Below are positions 27,451-37,633 of a stretch of DNA of 64,000 nucleotides, piece by piece. Source of the stretch: Sphingopyxis sp. (GTDB taxonomy: Bacteria; Pseudomonadota; Alphaproteobacteria; Sphingomonadales; Sphingomonadaceae); the NCBI RefSeq assembly GCF_016793825.1, contig NZ_JAEULM010000016.1, positions 33,930 through 97,929 on the forward strand, in the 5' to 3' direction. The position numbers were made by a program, and so were the translations under genes. The number at the start of each line of letters is the position of its first letter. Within the stretch, counting starts at the first letter, position 1. Under the pieces are notes generated by a model. It was not told the origin of the DNA. It did no database searches and saw only the letters and a program-made list of their open reading frames with translations.

Positions 27451-28983
27451 ATGAACGGCCTTTACGACGAATTCCGGGTGGCGCTGCACAGCGTCTGGAC
27501 ACGCCGTTGGCTCGTGCTCGCCGTGGCGTGGGCAATCTGCATCCTCGGCTGGCTCGCGGTCGCCTCGATTCCGAACCGCTATGACAGCCGCGCTCGCTTG
27601 CTGGTCGATATCAATCAGATTTTGCCCGACGACGCGGCGGGTGCCAGCGGGCAGCAGATCGACCAGATCCGCGAAACGCTGACCAGTGCGCGCAATCTGG
27701 AAAAAGTGGCGGCAACGACCGGCTTGATCGGTCCCGATGCGGGCGAACGCGACAAGGCGGGCGCCGTCGCGATGCTGCAAAACAACATCAAGGTCGTCCC
27801 GCAGCAACAGAATATCTTCGAAATCACGTCGTCCGTAGCGGTCGGCAGCCTGTCGGACGCCGACAATGCCAAGCTGGCATCGGGCGTGCTCGACAGCCTG
27901 ATCACCGTGTTTCGTGACGATCAACTCCGCGGTGGCCGCACGGACGCGCGCGAAGGGTTGAAGTTTCTCGACGCCCAGATCGCCGATCGCGAAACCGCGC
28001 TGCGCGAGATCGAGGCGCGGCGCGCGACCTTCGAGGCGCAGAATATTGGCTTGATCCCCGGCGGCTCGGGTTCGCCGGCGCAGCGCGTCGATGCGGCGCG
28101 CGCCGAACTCAGCCAGATCGATTCGCAGCTCATATCGGCGCAGGCCCAGCTTTCGGCTGCGAGCGGTCAGCTTGCTTCAACGCCTGCCACGGTAGCGGGC
28201 GGCAATGGCGGCGTCGGTGGCAGCGTTGCGCGCCAGCAGCTTGCCGGCGCACAGGGCGAATTGTCGGCGATGCATGCACGCGGCCTGACCGATGCGCATC
28301 CCGACGTGATCGCGCTCAAGAGCCAGATCGCTTCGTTGAAGGCGATCGCCGACCGCGAAGGCACCGGCGGCGGCGGTGGTGGGGTGCAGAACCCAGCGTA
28401 TGCCTCGCTGGCAGCGATGCGTGCCGAGCGTCAGGCGACGGTGAGCGCGTTGAATGCTCGCAAGGCGCAGCTCATGGGCGATATCGCCCGGATCACCTCG
28501 CAGCAGATCCAGAACCCCGGCATCGCGGCCGAATATGACCGCATCAACGGCGAATACACCGCGCTGAAGGCGCAATATGACAAGCTTCTCGGCCAGCGCG
28601 AACAAGTCCGGATGCGCGGGCAGGTGCAGACGGAAACCGATGCGATCAAGGTTGAACTGCTCGACCCGCCTTCGAAGCCGACAAGCCCTGCGGCGCCAAA
28701 CCGACCACTGTTTCTGACGCTCGTGCTCATTGCCGGGCTGGGCGGCGGCGTCGCCGCGGCGTTCGGCCTCAGCCAGGTACGCACGAGCTATGCGACCGCG
28801 GCGAAGCTCGAACGCGCGAGCGGACTGCCGGTGATTGGTTCGATTACCGAGGTGGTAACCCCCGAGCGCCATGTCGAACGCAAGAAAAGGCTGGTGTGGC
28901 TCGCCGGCGGAGCGGGGGCGCTCGTCGGCCTCTATGCGCTGCTGCTGATCGCCGAGTTCGTCCAGCGCGGCATGGTCGCGTGA
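27451..28983 (+). CDS. Polysaccharide chain-length determinant (Wzc/Wzz transmembrane part)
   Basis: Two TM segments flank a coiled coil. Motifs THPDVIAL and LDPPSKP...PNR. Confidence 0.9.
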   Translation: MNGLYDEFRVALHSVWTRRWLVLAVAWAICILGWLAVASIPNRYDSRARLLVDINQILPDDAAGASGQQIDQIRETLTSARNLEKVAATTGLIGPDAGERDKAGAVAMLQNNIKVVPQQQNIFEITSSVAVGSLSDADNAKLASGVLDSLITVFRDDQLRGGRTDAREGLKFLDAQIADRETALREIEARRATFEAQNIGLIPGGSGSPAQRVDAARAELSQIDSQLISAQAQLSAASGQLASTPATVAGGNGGVGGSVARQQLAGAQGELSAMHARGLTDAHPDVIALKSQIASLKAIADREGTGGGGGGVQNPAYASLAAMRAERQATVSALNARKAQLMGDIARITSQQIQNPGIAAEYDRINGEYTALKAQYDKLLGQREQVRMRGQVQTETDAIKVELLDPPSKPTSPAAPNRPLFLTLVLIAGLGGGVAAAFGLSQVRTSYATAAKLERASGLPVIGSITEVVTPERHVERKKRLVWLAGGAGALVGLYALLLIAEFVQRGMVA

Positions 28984-28997
28984 GCGGGGAAGAAGAC

Positions 28998-30029
28998 ATG
29001 AACGATCAACGCCCCGTCAAGCGCCCGCCTTCGCTGCTCGAACGCGCGGCCGACATGTTCGGTCTCGACCCCGCGAAGGACGCGGCGACCATCGACGTTT
29101 CGAAGCTGCCGCCGGAGCCCGAGAAAAGGGTTCGCAAGAGCAAGGCGCAGACCGAATCCGTCGTCGAGGTTCGGCAGGCCGAAGTCCTGCCGCCGATCGT
29201 CGAAACTGCGCCCGCGGTCGAAGCGGCGCCAGCGCCGACACCCTCGGCGCGCAAGGACGTCGCCAGGGCCGCCCCTGCCGTCGTTCCAACGCGGCAAGGA
29301 AGCATCGATCGCGCGCGTCTCGCCGCCAACAGCATGATCGTACCGGGCGCGCCTGTCACGGGCATTTCCGAAGAATATCGCATCGTGAAGCGCGAGATCA
29401 TCCGGAACTTTTCGGGCACCGCGAACCGGCCGGTCGTGCCGCGCGGACATCGCGTCCTGATCGCGTCCGCCAACCCCGGCGAAGGCAAGACCTTTTCCGC
29501 TGTCAACCTCGCACTCAGCCTCGCGGTCGAAGCCGACCACGATGTGCTGCTGATCGACGCCGATATCGCGAAGCCGAGCGTGCTCGATACGCTGGGCCTC
29601 GAAAACGGCCCGGGTCTGATGGATGCGCTGGCGGATCCGCACCTGCCGCTCGGCGATTGCCTGATCCAGACCGATATTCCGGGGCTGAAGGTCATGCCTG
29701 CGGGGACGCAGCGCCTGAACGATACCGAATTGCTCGCATCGGCGCGGACCGAGGCCTTGCTTGCCCAGCTTGAGGCGGGCGCGCCCGGGCGCATTCTGAT
29801 CCTCGATTCGCCTCCGGTTCTTGCGGCGTCGCCCGCTGCGGTGCTTGCGGGGCACGTCGGCCAGCTGATCATGGTCGTGCGCGCCGACCAGACGATGGAA
29901 AGCGCATTGCGCGATGCGATCGGACTGATGGGCGCGTGCCCGCATATCCAGCTTCTCCTCAACGGAGTGAAATTCTCGCCGGGCGGCCGCCGCTTCGGCA
30001 CCTATTATGGACAGGGAGGCGCGTCATGA
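28998..30029 (+). CDS. XrtA-associated tyrosine autokinase (CpsD/CapB)
   Basis: SEEYRIVK, Walker A SANPGEGKT, LLIDAD, ILDSPP, C-terminal TYYG. Start MNDQRP (28998). Confidence 0.9.
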   Translation: MNDQRPVKRPPSLLERAADMFGLDPAKDAATIDVSKLPPEPEKRVRKSKAQTESVVEVRQAEVLPPIVETAPAVEAAPAPTPSARKDVARAAPAVVPTRQGSIDRARLAANSMIVPGAPVTGISEEYRIVKREIIRNFSGTANRPVVPRGHRVLIASANPGEGKTFSAVNLALSLAVEADHDVLLIDADIAKPSVLDTLGLENGPGLMDALADPHLPLGDCLIQTDIPGLKVMPAGTQRLNDTELLASARTEALLAQLEAGAPGRILILDSPPVLAASPAAVLAGHVGQLIMVVRADQTMESALRDAIGLMGACPHIQLLLNGVKFSPGGRRFGTYYGQGGAS

Positions 30030-31741
30030 TGCGCACCAATGCCAGTATGCGCCGTGGGGCGGCGCTTGCGGCGCTGTTGCTCGCCGGAACCGCGACGAGC
30101 GCGCAGGCGCAGTTTTCGGGTGATCCGGGCGCGAGCGATGCGTCGCCCCGGGGAGCATCCGCTGCCGACGGTGCCGCGGACAAGAAGGGCAAGCGTGGCG
30201 AACGCCAGCGCAAGGAACGCCGCGTCGATGTCAGCCCCTATCTCGAAGTCGGGCAGGTGCTCAGCGCCGACCTCAAGAATGGCGGCGATGTTCTGACCTA
30301 TACGACCGCGGCGATCGGCGTCGACGTTGCGGTGGCGACGCGCCGGGCGGAGGTCGCGGCGGGTGTCCGGTACGAGCATCAGTTCGGCTGGGGCAAACAG
30401 AACGATCAGGATGTGATCAGCGGTATCGCGCGCGGGCGGGTCGATGTCGCGCAGGGGCTCAGTCTCGAAGGCGGCGCGCTTGCCACGCGCACGCGCGCCG
30501 ACGGTGGCGGCAGCGACAGCAGCCTGTTCGTCGGCAACCGGAACAATGTTGCGAACACCTATTCCTTTTATGCCGGCCCGACCTTCGCGCGCCGTATCGG
30601 CGGACTGGATGTCGGGGCGGGGTATCGCTTCGGCTACACCAAGGTCGACGTGGACGCGCCGACATTGCTGCCGTCCGGCGCGCTCGTGCAAAATGTCTTC
30701 GACAGCTCGACAAACCATGTCGCCTGGGCAAGCGTCGGCCAGCGGCCGGGTGATCTGCCGTTCGGCTGGCAGGTTTCCGGCGGCTATGAACGCGAGGACG
30801 CGAGCCAGCTGGACCAACGCTATGAAGGCAAATTCGCGCGCGCCGACGTGACCGTGCCGGTCGGCCCGACCTTGGCGCTGCTTGGCGGTGTCGGCTATGA
30901 GAATATCGAGATCGGCCAGCGCGATCCGGTGCTCGACGTCAACGGCGTGCCGGTCCGCGACGCCAGCGGTCGCTTCGTCACCGACACGTCGACGCCGCGC
31001 AAGCTTGCGTTCGATACCGACGGGTTGATCTGGGATGCGGGCGTCATGTGGCAGCCAAGCCGTCGCACGTCGCTTACTGCAAAGGTCGGCCGCCGTTATG
31101 GCGACATGATCTACACCGGCAGTTTCGTTTATCGCCCCGACCACGCGACGACGTTTCAGGTCGGCGTTTATGACGGGCTTTCCAGCTTCGGGCGCGGGCT
31201 GTCGACCGGGCTAGCGGCGCTTCCGACGCAGTTCGACCCCTTGCGCAACCCGATAACCGGCGATTTCAACAATTGCGTCTTCGGCGAACAGGGTGGGGGT
31301 TGCCTGGGCAATCAGCTCGGCACGCCGACCGCGGCGCAGTTCCGCAATAGCGGCGTCCAGGCCGTCATGAGTTCGCGCACCTATGGCTGGAGCTATGGCG
31401 TCGGCGTCGGCTATGATCGCCGCCGCCTGCTGGTGCCGCGTACGTCGCCGATCGCGTCGCTCAACGGCATCACGGACGAGAATTATTATCTGTTCCTGAC
31501 CGCTGGCCATCCGATCGACCGCGATTCCGACATTACCTTGTCGGGCTATCTCAATTATTTCGACAATGGTTCGCCGGGGGGCAGTGATGTCCAGTCCGCC
31601 GGTCTGACGGCATCCTATGGACGGCGTTTCTGGCGCGGCCTGACGGGAACGGCGGCCGCCAGCCTGACCGCTTTCGATCAGGACGGCTTCAACAGCCAGT
31701 TGATCGGATCCGCTCTGGTGGGCCTGCGTTACAATTTCTGA
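30026..31741 (+). CDS. Outer-membrane beta-barrel protein of the PEP-CTERM/XrtA locus
   Basis: Signal peptide, alternating beta-strand pattern, terminal LRYNF. The start overlaps the kinase stop (ATGA). Confidence 0.8.
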   Translation: MMRTNASMRRGAALAALLLAGTATSAQAQFSGDPGASDASPRGASAADGAADKKGKRGERQRKERRVDVSPYLEVGQVLSADLKNGGDVLTYTTAAIGVDVAVATRRAEVAAGVRYEHQFGWGKQNDQDVISGIARGRVDVAQGLSLEGGALATRTRADGGGSDSSLFVGNRNNVANTYSFYAGPTFARRIGGLDVGAGYRFGYTKVDVDAPTLLPSGALVQNVFDSSTNHVAWASVGQRPGDLPFGWQVSGGYEREDASQLDQRYEGKFARADVTVPVGPTLALLGGVGYENIEIGQRDPVLDVNGVPVRDASGRFVTDTSTPRKLAFDTDGLIWDAGVMWQPSRRTSLTAKVGRRYGDMIYTGSFVYRPDHATTFQVGVYDGLSSFGRGLSTGLAALPTQFDPLRNPITGDFNNCVFGEQGGGCLGNQLGTPTAAQFRNSGVQAVMSSRTYGWSYGVGVGYDRRRLLVPRTSPIASLNGITDENYYLFLTAGHPIDRDSDITLSGYLNYFDNGSPGGSDVQSAGLTASYGRRFWRGLTGTAAASLTAFDQDGFNSQLIGSALVGLRYNF

Positions 31742-31756
31742 TTCGGGGAACAGGCG

Positions 31757-32929
31757 ATGTACGATCAATATTATGGTTTCACCGGCCGTCCCTTCCAGCT
31801 GACGCCGGACCCCGCTTTCTATTTCGAGAGCGGCACGCACCGGAAGGCCATGTCCTACCTTGGCTACGGCCTCGCGCAGGGAGAGGGCTTCATCGTCATC
31901 ACCGGCGATGTCGGTGCGGGCAAGACGACCCTCGTCGGGCACCTCATGAACACGATCGACCCCAATCGGCTGACCGCGGTCAAGCTGGTGTCGACGCAGG
32001 TCGAGGGCGACGACCTTCTCCGCCTTGTCGCGGAGCAGTTCGGCCTTGAATGGGAAGGGCAAAGCAAGGCCGAATTGCTGCGTTCGATGGAGGAATATCT
32101 GCGCGACCAGGCGCGCGCCGGCCGCCGCACCCTTCTGATCGTCGACGAGGGACAAAATCTCGCCATCTCGGCGCTCGAAGAGCTGCGGATGCTGTCGAAC
32201 TTCCAGCTCGGCGGTCATTCGCTGCTGCAGATCTTCCTGCTGGGGCAGCCCGAATTCCGCCAGACGCTGTTCCACACGCCGACGCTCGAACAACTTCGCC
32301 AGCGTGTGATCGCGACGCACCACCTCGATCCGATGGAGCCCGAGGAAGTCGAACCCTATATCCTCCACCGCCTGAAGAAGGTTGGCTGGACCGGAAATCC
32401 CAGTTTCGCGCCCGAGGCGTACGAACTGATCTTCGATTATAGCGACGGCGTGCCGCGCAAGTTGAACGTGCTGGTCAGCCGTCTGCTGCTGTTCGGCGCG
32501 GTCGAGGAACTGCATCGCATCTCGGCGCAGCATGTCCGCAATGTCATCGCCGAGGTCGAAGCCGATCGCGGCGTCGACGAGGCGAGCCTCGCGCCGCTGC
32601 CGGTCGAGGAGGTCGTCGCGCATGCCGCGGCCGCTGTTGCGCCGGCCGAGGATCGCGCGCTCGATTGGCCTGCGGCGGCGCCGGACGGGCGAGCGCCGTT
32701 CGCTGCGCCGATCGAAGTCGGCGAGACAGCGGATAATTCTGCGCCCGTGGCGCCCGCCATCGACGAGGCACAGATCGCCGAGCTTCAGCGGCATATCGCG
32801 AGCCTCGAGGAACGGCTGGTCGAACAGGACGCGGCGCTGCGTCGCGTACTCGACCTGCTGATCGAATGGGTCGAACGTGATCCCGAGAACGCACCCAACC
32901 CGGCGAAATCCGAGGTCTGGGCCGCGTGA
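31757..32929 (+). CDS. ExeA-like AAA ATPase, XrtA/PEP-CTERM system-associated
   Basis: YGFTGRPFQLTPDP, GDVGAGKTT, IVDEGQN, LLGQPE, LRQRV, GVPRKLN. Confidence 0.92.
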   Translation: MYDQYYGFTGRPFQLTPDPAFYFESGTHRKAMSYLGYGLAQGEGFIVITGDVGAGKTTLVGHLMNTIDPNRLTAVKLVSTQVEGDDLLRLVAEQFGLEWEGQSKAELLRSMEEYLRDQARAGRRTLLIVDEGQNLAISALEELRMLSNFQLGGHSLLQIFLLGQPEFRQTLFHTPTLEQLRQRVIATHHLDPMEPEEVEPYILHRLKKVGWTGNPSFAPEAYELIFDYSDGVPRKLNVLVSRLLLFGAVEELHRISAQHVRNVIAEVEADRGVDEASLAPLPVEEVVAHAAAAVAPAEDRALDWPAAAPDGRAPFAAPIEVGETADNSAPVAPAIDEAQIAELQRHIASLEERLVEQDAALRRVLDLLIEWVERDPENAPNPAKSEVWAA

Positions 32930-32974
32930 CGCGCTGAGCATCATCCGCTACGAGGTTGATGAAGGTGAGGAAAA

Positions 32975-33835
32975 ATGCAGAACGGCCTGTCGGTCGATGT
33001 CGAGGACTGGTTTCAGGTCGGCGCATTTGAGCGCACGATCGACCGTGCCGACTGGCCGGCGCTGGAATGCCGCGTCGAGGCGAATGGCGATGCCGTGCTG
33101 CAAATATTCTCCGACGCGGGGGTTCGGGGCACGTTCTTCACGCTCGGCTGGGTTGCCGAACGCTATCCTGCATTGATCAAGCGCATTGTCGATGCGGGGC
33201 ACGAACTCGCGAGCCACGGCTATGACCACAAACGGGTGTTCCACATGACGGCCGACGAGTTCGCGGCGGACCTGAAGAAGACGCAGGCGATTCTCGAAGA
33301 TATCGGAGGCACCCCAATTCGCGGGTATCGCGCGCCCAGCTTTTCGGTCGACGCGCGCACACCGTGGGCTCACCCGGTTCTCGCCGAACAGGGCTATGCC
33401 TATTCGTCGAGCGTCGCGCCGGTGGTGCACGATCATTATGGCTGGTCGGAAAGTCCGCGCCATGTCTGGCAGCCGCTTGATGACAGCGCGCTCGTCGAAT
33501 GGCCGGTGGCGACCGCCCGGATCGCCGGGCGCACGCTCGCGGCGGGCGGCGGAGGGTTCATGCGGATGCTGCCATATGGCTTCACACGCTGGGCCGTCGC
33601 GCGAATGAATGCCGAAGGCCATCCGGCCATCCTCTATTTCCACCCGTGGGAGATCGATCCCGGGCAGCCGCGGGTCGCGAACGCGCCGATCAGGTCGAAA
33701 GTTCGTCATTACACCGGCTTGGCGGCCATGGCTGGCAAGCTGAAGAAGCTGCTTGCCGATTTCGAATGGACGCGGGCCGATGCTCTGCTTCCGGCCCAAC
33801 AGGAGCGCGCCCGGCCATGGCGCGCCGCTGCGTGA
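32975..33835 (+). CDS. Polysaccharide deacetylase, XrtA system
   Basis: SVDVEDWF, TFFTLG, HELASHG, GYRAPSFS, YFHPWEIDP. Confidence 0.93.
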   Translation: MQNGLSVDVEDWFQVGAFERTIDRADWPALECRVEANGDAVLQIFSDAGVRGTFFTLGWVAERYPALIKRIVDAGHELASHGYDHKRVFHMTADEFAADLKKTQAILEDIGGTPIRGYRAPSFSVDARTPWAHPVLAEQGYAYSSSVAPVVHDHYGWSESPRHVWQPLDDSALVEWPVATARIAGRTLAAGGGGFMRMLPYGFTRWAVARMNAEGHPAILYFHPWEIDPGQPRVANAPIRSKVRHYTGLAAMAGKLKKLLADFEWTRADALLPAQQERARPWRAAA

Positions 33836-34899
33836 ACGCACCCGTGCATCCGGTAATGGACGCGATCACGGTGTTGCCGCTGGACGACCCGGCGGCATGG
33901 GATGCCTATGTCGTCGCCCACCGGGACGCTACGCCGTTCCACAGCAGCGCCTGGTGCCGCGCGGTGACGAAAGCGACTGGCCATCGGTGCCATGCGCTGG
34001 CGGCGTATGATGCGAAAGGCGCGATGGCGGGTTTGTTGCCGCTCCACCACATCCGCTCGCCGCTGTTCGGGCAGGCGCTGGTTGCCACGGGCTTCGCCGT
34101 CGATGGGGGGATGCTCGTCGGCAGCAAGTCGGTTGCCGCCGCGCTTTCAGAAGCGGCGGCCGGGCTGGCCCGGACGCTCGGCATTTCATCGGTCGAGTTG
34201 CGCGGCGGTCCCCTGCCGGACGGCGAAGGCTGGCGCCGCGAAGACGGGACCTATGCGGGTTTCATCCGCGATCTTGCAACCGACGATGAGGCCGAACTGC
34301 TCGCCATTCCCCGCAAACAGCGGGCCGAAGTGCGCAAGGCGCTGGAAAGCGACCTGACCGTGACGACGGGGCACGGCGCGGCCGAGCGGCGCGATCATTA
34401 TCGCATCTATGCGACGAGCGTCCGCAACCTCGGCACGCCGGTCTTTCCGAAACGGCTCTTTGATGCGGTGCTCGATGCCTTCGGTGACGATGCCGATATC
34501 CTGACCATTCGCGAGAAGGGCCAGCCGGTCGCCAGTGTGCTGAGCCTGTACTGGCGTGGTGCGGTCATGCCCTATTGGGGCGGCGGCACGGCCGCCGCGC
34601 GCAAGTTGCGCGCCAACGAACTGATGTATTTCGCGCTGATGCGGCACGCTCGTGCAAAGCGATGCGCCCGGTTCGATTTCGGCCGGTCCAAGGTTGGAAC
34701 CGGCCCCTGGTCGTACAAGAAGAACTGGGGTTTCGAACCGCGCCCGCTCGTCTATTCGCGTTGGCTCGCGCCGGGTGAGGCGGCGCGCGACACGAATCCG
34801 AACAGCGCCAAATACCGGTTGCAGGTCGATCTTTGGAAAAAGCTGCCGCTCTGGGCGGCGAACCGCATCGGGCCGTTGATCGCGCGCGGACTGGGTTAG
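33832..34899 (+). CDS. FemAB-like (GNAT-fold) protein, XrtA system
   Basis: TPFHSSAW, RKQRAEVRK, VRNLGTPVF, YWGGG, FDFGRSK, YKKNWG. The GTG start overlaps the deacetylase stop. Confidence 0.9.
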   Translation: MNAPVHPVMDAITVLPLDDPAAWDAYVVAHRDATPFHSSAWCRAVTKATGHRCHALAAYDAKGAMAGLLPLHHIRSPLFGQALVATGFAVDGGMLVGSKSVAAALSEAAAGLARTLGISSVELRGGPLPDGEGWRREDGTYAGFIRDLATDDEAELLAIPRKQRAEVRKALESDLTVTTGHGAAERRDHYRIYATSVRNLGTPVFPKRLFDAVLDAFGDDADILTIREKGQPVASVLSLYWRGAVMPYWGGGTAAARKLRANELMYFALMRHARAKRCARFDFGRSKVGTGPWSYKKNWGFEPRPLVYSRWLAPGEAARDTNPNSAKYRLQVDLWKKLPLWAANRIGPLIARGLG

Positions 34900-34905
34900 C
34901 CGGAG

Positions 34906-36111
34906 ATGCCCGAAATCCTGTTTCTCGTCCATCGCGCGCCTTGGCCGCCCGACCGCGGTGACCGGATCCGTAGCTGGCACATGTTCGAAGCGCTTGCAAA
35001 GCTGGCGCCGGTGCATGTCGTGGCGCTGGCCGACAACGAGGCCGGCGCGGATATGGCGCGCCGAAAAATGGCACCGCTTTGCAAAAGCTTGTTGATTGAG
35101 GTGCGCAAGGCATCTCGTCCGATCGCACTTGCGCAGGCGGTATGGCGCGGCGAACCGGTATCGAACCGGCTGTTCAGGAGCGCGGCTGTCATACGGCATG
35201 TCGACGGGTTGCTGCGCGGGCGCGACATCACGCATATCGTCGCCTTCTCGGGCCAGATGGCGCAATATCTGCCGGACGCATTCGACGGTCCCGTCATCAT
35301 GGATTTCGTCGATGTCGACTCCGCGAAATTCGCAACTTACGCGGCGCAGGATGCTCGGCAGCCGCTGCACTGGATTCATGCGCGCGAGGCGCGCGAACTG
35401 GGCGCGTTCGAGGTCGCCGTCGCGCGCGCCGTCGATACCAGCCTCTTCGTCAGCGAAGCCGAAGCCGCGCTCTTTCGCGACCAAAGCGGTCTCGGCGTCG
35501 ACAAGGTTCGCGCGGTCGAGAATGGCATCGACACCGATGTTTTCGATCCATCGCTGCCCTTCGAAGCGATCGACCGACCTGCGGGACCGCTGGCGGTCTT
35601 TACCGGGCAGATGGACTATCGTCCGAACATCGACGCCGTGCGCTGGTTCGCGACCGACGTGCTTCCGATCATCCGTCGCCGCCATGCTGCTGCGGGCTTC
35701 GCCATCGTCGGCCGCGCCCCGACCGAAGAGGTGCGCGCACTGGCGGCGCTGCCCGGCGTGACCGTCACCGGCGAGGTACCCGACATGCGCCCCTGGCTCG
35801 CAGCGGCCGATGCGGTCGTGGCGCCATTGCTGCTCGCGCGCGGGGTGCAGAACAAGTTGCTCGAAGCCATGGCGATGGCGCGGCCGGTGGTTGCGAGCGC
35901 CGCTGCCGCAACGGGGATCGACGCCCAGCCCGGGACGCACCTGCTTGTCGCCGAGGGTGCGGGCGCAATGGCAGCCGCGACCGTGAAGCTTTTCGACGAT
36001 CCCGATGCGGCCACGAAAATGGGCCAGGCAGCGCGCGCGCAGATGATTGCCCGCTACGGTTGGGGCGCGCGGTTGGCTCCGCTCGCGGGCCTGTTGGGGC
36101 TGGCGGCATGA
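34906..36111 (+). CDS. GT4 glycosyltransferase, XrtA system
   Basis: HRAPWPPDRGDRIRS, DFVDVDS, NGID, FTGQMDYRPN, GVQNKLLEAMAMARPVV. Confidence 0.92.
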   Translation: MPEILFLVHRAPWPPDRGDRIRSWHMFEALAKLAPVHVVALADNEAGADMARRKMAPLCKSLLIEVRKASRPIALAQAVWRGEPVSNRLFRSAAVIRHVDGLLRGRDITHIVAFSGQMAQYLPDAFDGPVIMDFVDVDSAKFATYAAQDARQPLHWIHAREARELGAFEVAVARAVDTSLFVSEAEAALFRDQSGLGVDKVRAVENGIDTDVFDPSLPFEAIDRPAGPLAVFTGQMDYRPNIDAVRWFATDVLPIIRRRHAAAGFAIVGRAPTEEVRALAALPGVTVTGEVPDMRPWLAAADAVVAPLLLARGVQNKLLEAMAMARPVVASAAAATGIDAQPGTHLLVAEGAGAMAAATVKLFDDPDAATKMGQAARAQMIARYGWGARLAPLAGLLGLAA

Positions 36112-37622
36112 CGGCGGCGGAGACGATGGCTTCGGCAAAGGGCTGGACGCACTGGCAGCGGCATCTGACAGCACTTGCGGCGCTGTCGGCTGCGATCATT
36201 GCCATTTTCCATCGCGATGCCGCGGACATGGTTGGGATCTGGTGGCACAGCTCCACCTTCACCCATTGTCTGTTGATGGTGCCGATGATCGGCTGGCTCG
36301 TTTCGCAGCGCACGGCGCTGCTGAAGCCGCTGATGCCGGCCTGCTGGTGGCGGGCGCTTGTCTGGATCGCGGGAGCCGGGGTGGTCTGGCTGGTCGGCGA
36401 AGCGGCCGGCGTCGCTTTGTTTCGCCAACTCGGGCTGGTGTTGATGTTGCAGGGTGCGGTCGCCGTTACCCTGGGTGAAAAGCTGACGAGAGGCCTGCTC
36501 TTTCCGCTCGCCTATGCGCTGCTGCTCGTGCCGTTCGGTGAGGAGCTCGTCCCGCTTCTCCAGACGCTGACGGCGCAGATTTCGATGCTGCTGCTCCATC
36601 TCTCGGGCTTGCCGGCCGAGCTGGAAGGCGTCTTCATCACGACGCGCGCCGGCTTCTTCGAAGTGGCGGAGGCCTGCTCGGGGGTCAATTTCCTGATCGC
36701 GATGCTCGCCTATTCGGTGTTCGCCGCGCATCTGTGTTTCAAAAGCTGGACGCGGCGGATCGTGTTCGTCGCGCTGGCACTCGCAACGACGATCCTTGCC
36801 AACGCCCTGCGCGCCTATGGCACGATGGTCGCCGCCGAAATCTGGGGGATAGAGGCGGCGGGCGGGATCGATCATGTCTTTTACGGGTGGGTCTTCTTCG
36901 GGCTGGTCGTGCTGGTCGTGATGCTCGTCGCACGGCGTTCGTTCGACCGGCCGGCGAACGATATCGCCGTCGATGTAACGCGGCTGGGCGGTGTGCCGCG
37001 TCACGTCGGTTCGGCGAAAATGGTGCTTCCCGCCGCGCTTGCCATTCCCTTGCTGTTCGTGGGCTGGGCAATGCTGATCGGTGGCCGATCGGCGCCGCTT
37101 CCAGGGAGCATGCCGGTTGCGACGCCTCCCGGCTGGATGGCTGCTTCGCCTGGACAAGTGGCGTGGCTCCCGCGTTTCGACGGCGCCGATCAGCAGGTCG
37201 TCCGTCATTTCGAAGATGCCGCCGGTCGCCGCGTTACCGTCGCGATCGGCGGATACCGGCGGCAAGCCGAGGGGCGCGAAGTCGTCGGATTCGGACAGGG
37301 CGCGATCGACCCGGACAGCAGATGGGCGTGGAGCGCGGCGTTGGCCCCCATTGACGGCGGCAAGGCCGAACGGTTGCTTCATCCCGGCCCCGTGCTGCGC
37401 GATGCCGTGACTTGGTATGTCGTCGACGGTCGGGTTTCCGGAAGCGGGCGCGCCGCCAAGCTGGCGGGTCTGGAAGCGCGTTTATTTGGTGGCGATCCGC
37501 GTGCGCTGTCGCTGATCGTGTCGTCTGAAGAGGTAAAAGGCGGCCACGATGCGATCGCCGATTTCGTTTCCGCGTCGGGCGGAGCGCAGGCGATGGCTGA
37601 CCGCGCGCTGAAACTGCGCTAA
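36108..37622 (+). CDS. xrtA: Exosortase A fused to an EpsI-like domain
   Basis: TFTHCLL, FEVAEACSG (catalytic Cys), ANALRA (Arg), DH..YGW (His), followed by a periplasmic EpsI-like C-terminus. Start MTAAET (36108). Confidence 0.93.
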   Translation: MTAAETMASAKGWTHWQRHLTALAALSAAIIAIFHRDAADMVGIWWHSSTFTHCLLMVPMIGWLVSQRTALLKPLMPACWWRALVWIAGAGVVWLVGEAAGVALFRQLGLVLMLQGAVAVTLGEKLTRGLLFPLAYALLLVPFGEELVPLLQTLTAQISMLLLHLSGLPAELEGVFITTRAGFFEVAEACSGVNFLIAMLAYSVFAAHLCFKSWTRRIVFVALALATTILANALRAYGTMVAAEIWGIEAAGGIDHVFYGWVFFGLVVLVVMLVARRSFDRPANDIAVDVTRLGGVPRHVGSAKMVLPAALAIPLLFVGWAMLIGGRSAPLPGSMPVATPPGWMAASPGQVAWLPRFDGADQQVVRHFEDAAGRRVTVAIGGYRRQAEGREVVGFGQGAIDPDSRWAWSAALAPIDGGKAERLLHPGPVLRDAVTWYVVDGRVSGSGRAAKLAGLEARLFGGDPRALSLIVSSEEVKGGHDAIADFVSASGGAQAMADRALKLR

Positions 37623-37633
37623 GCGATACGGAC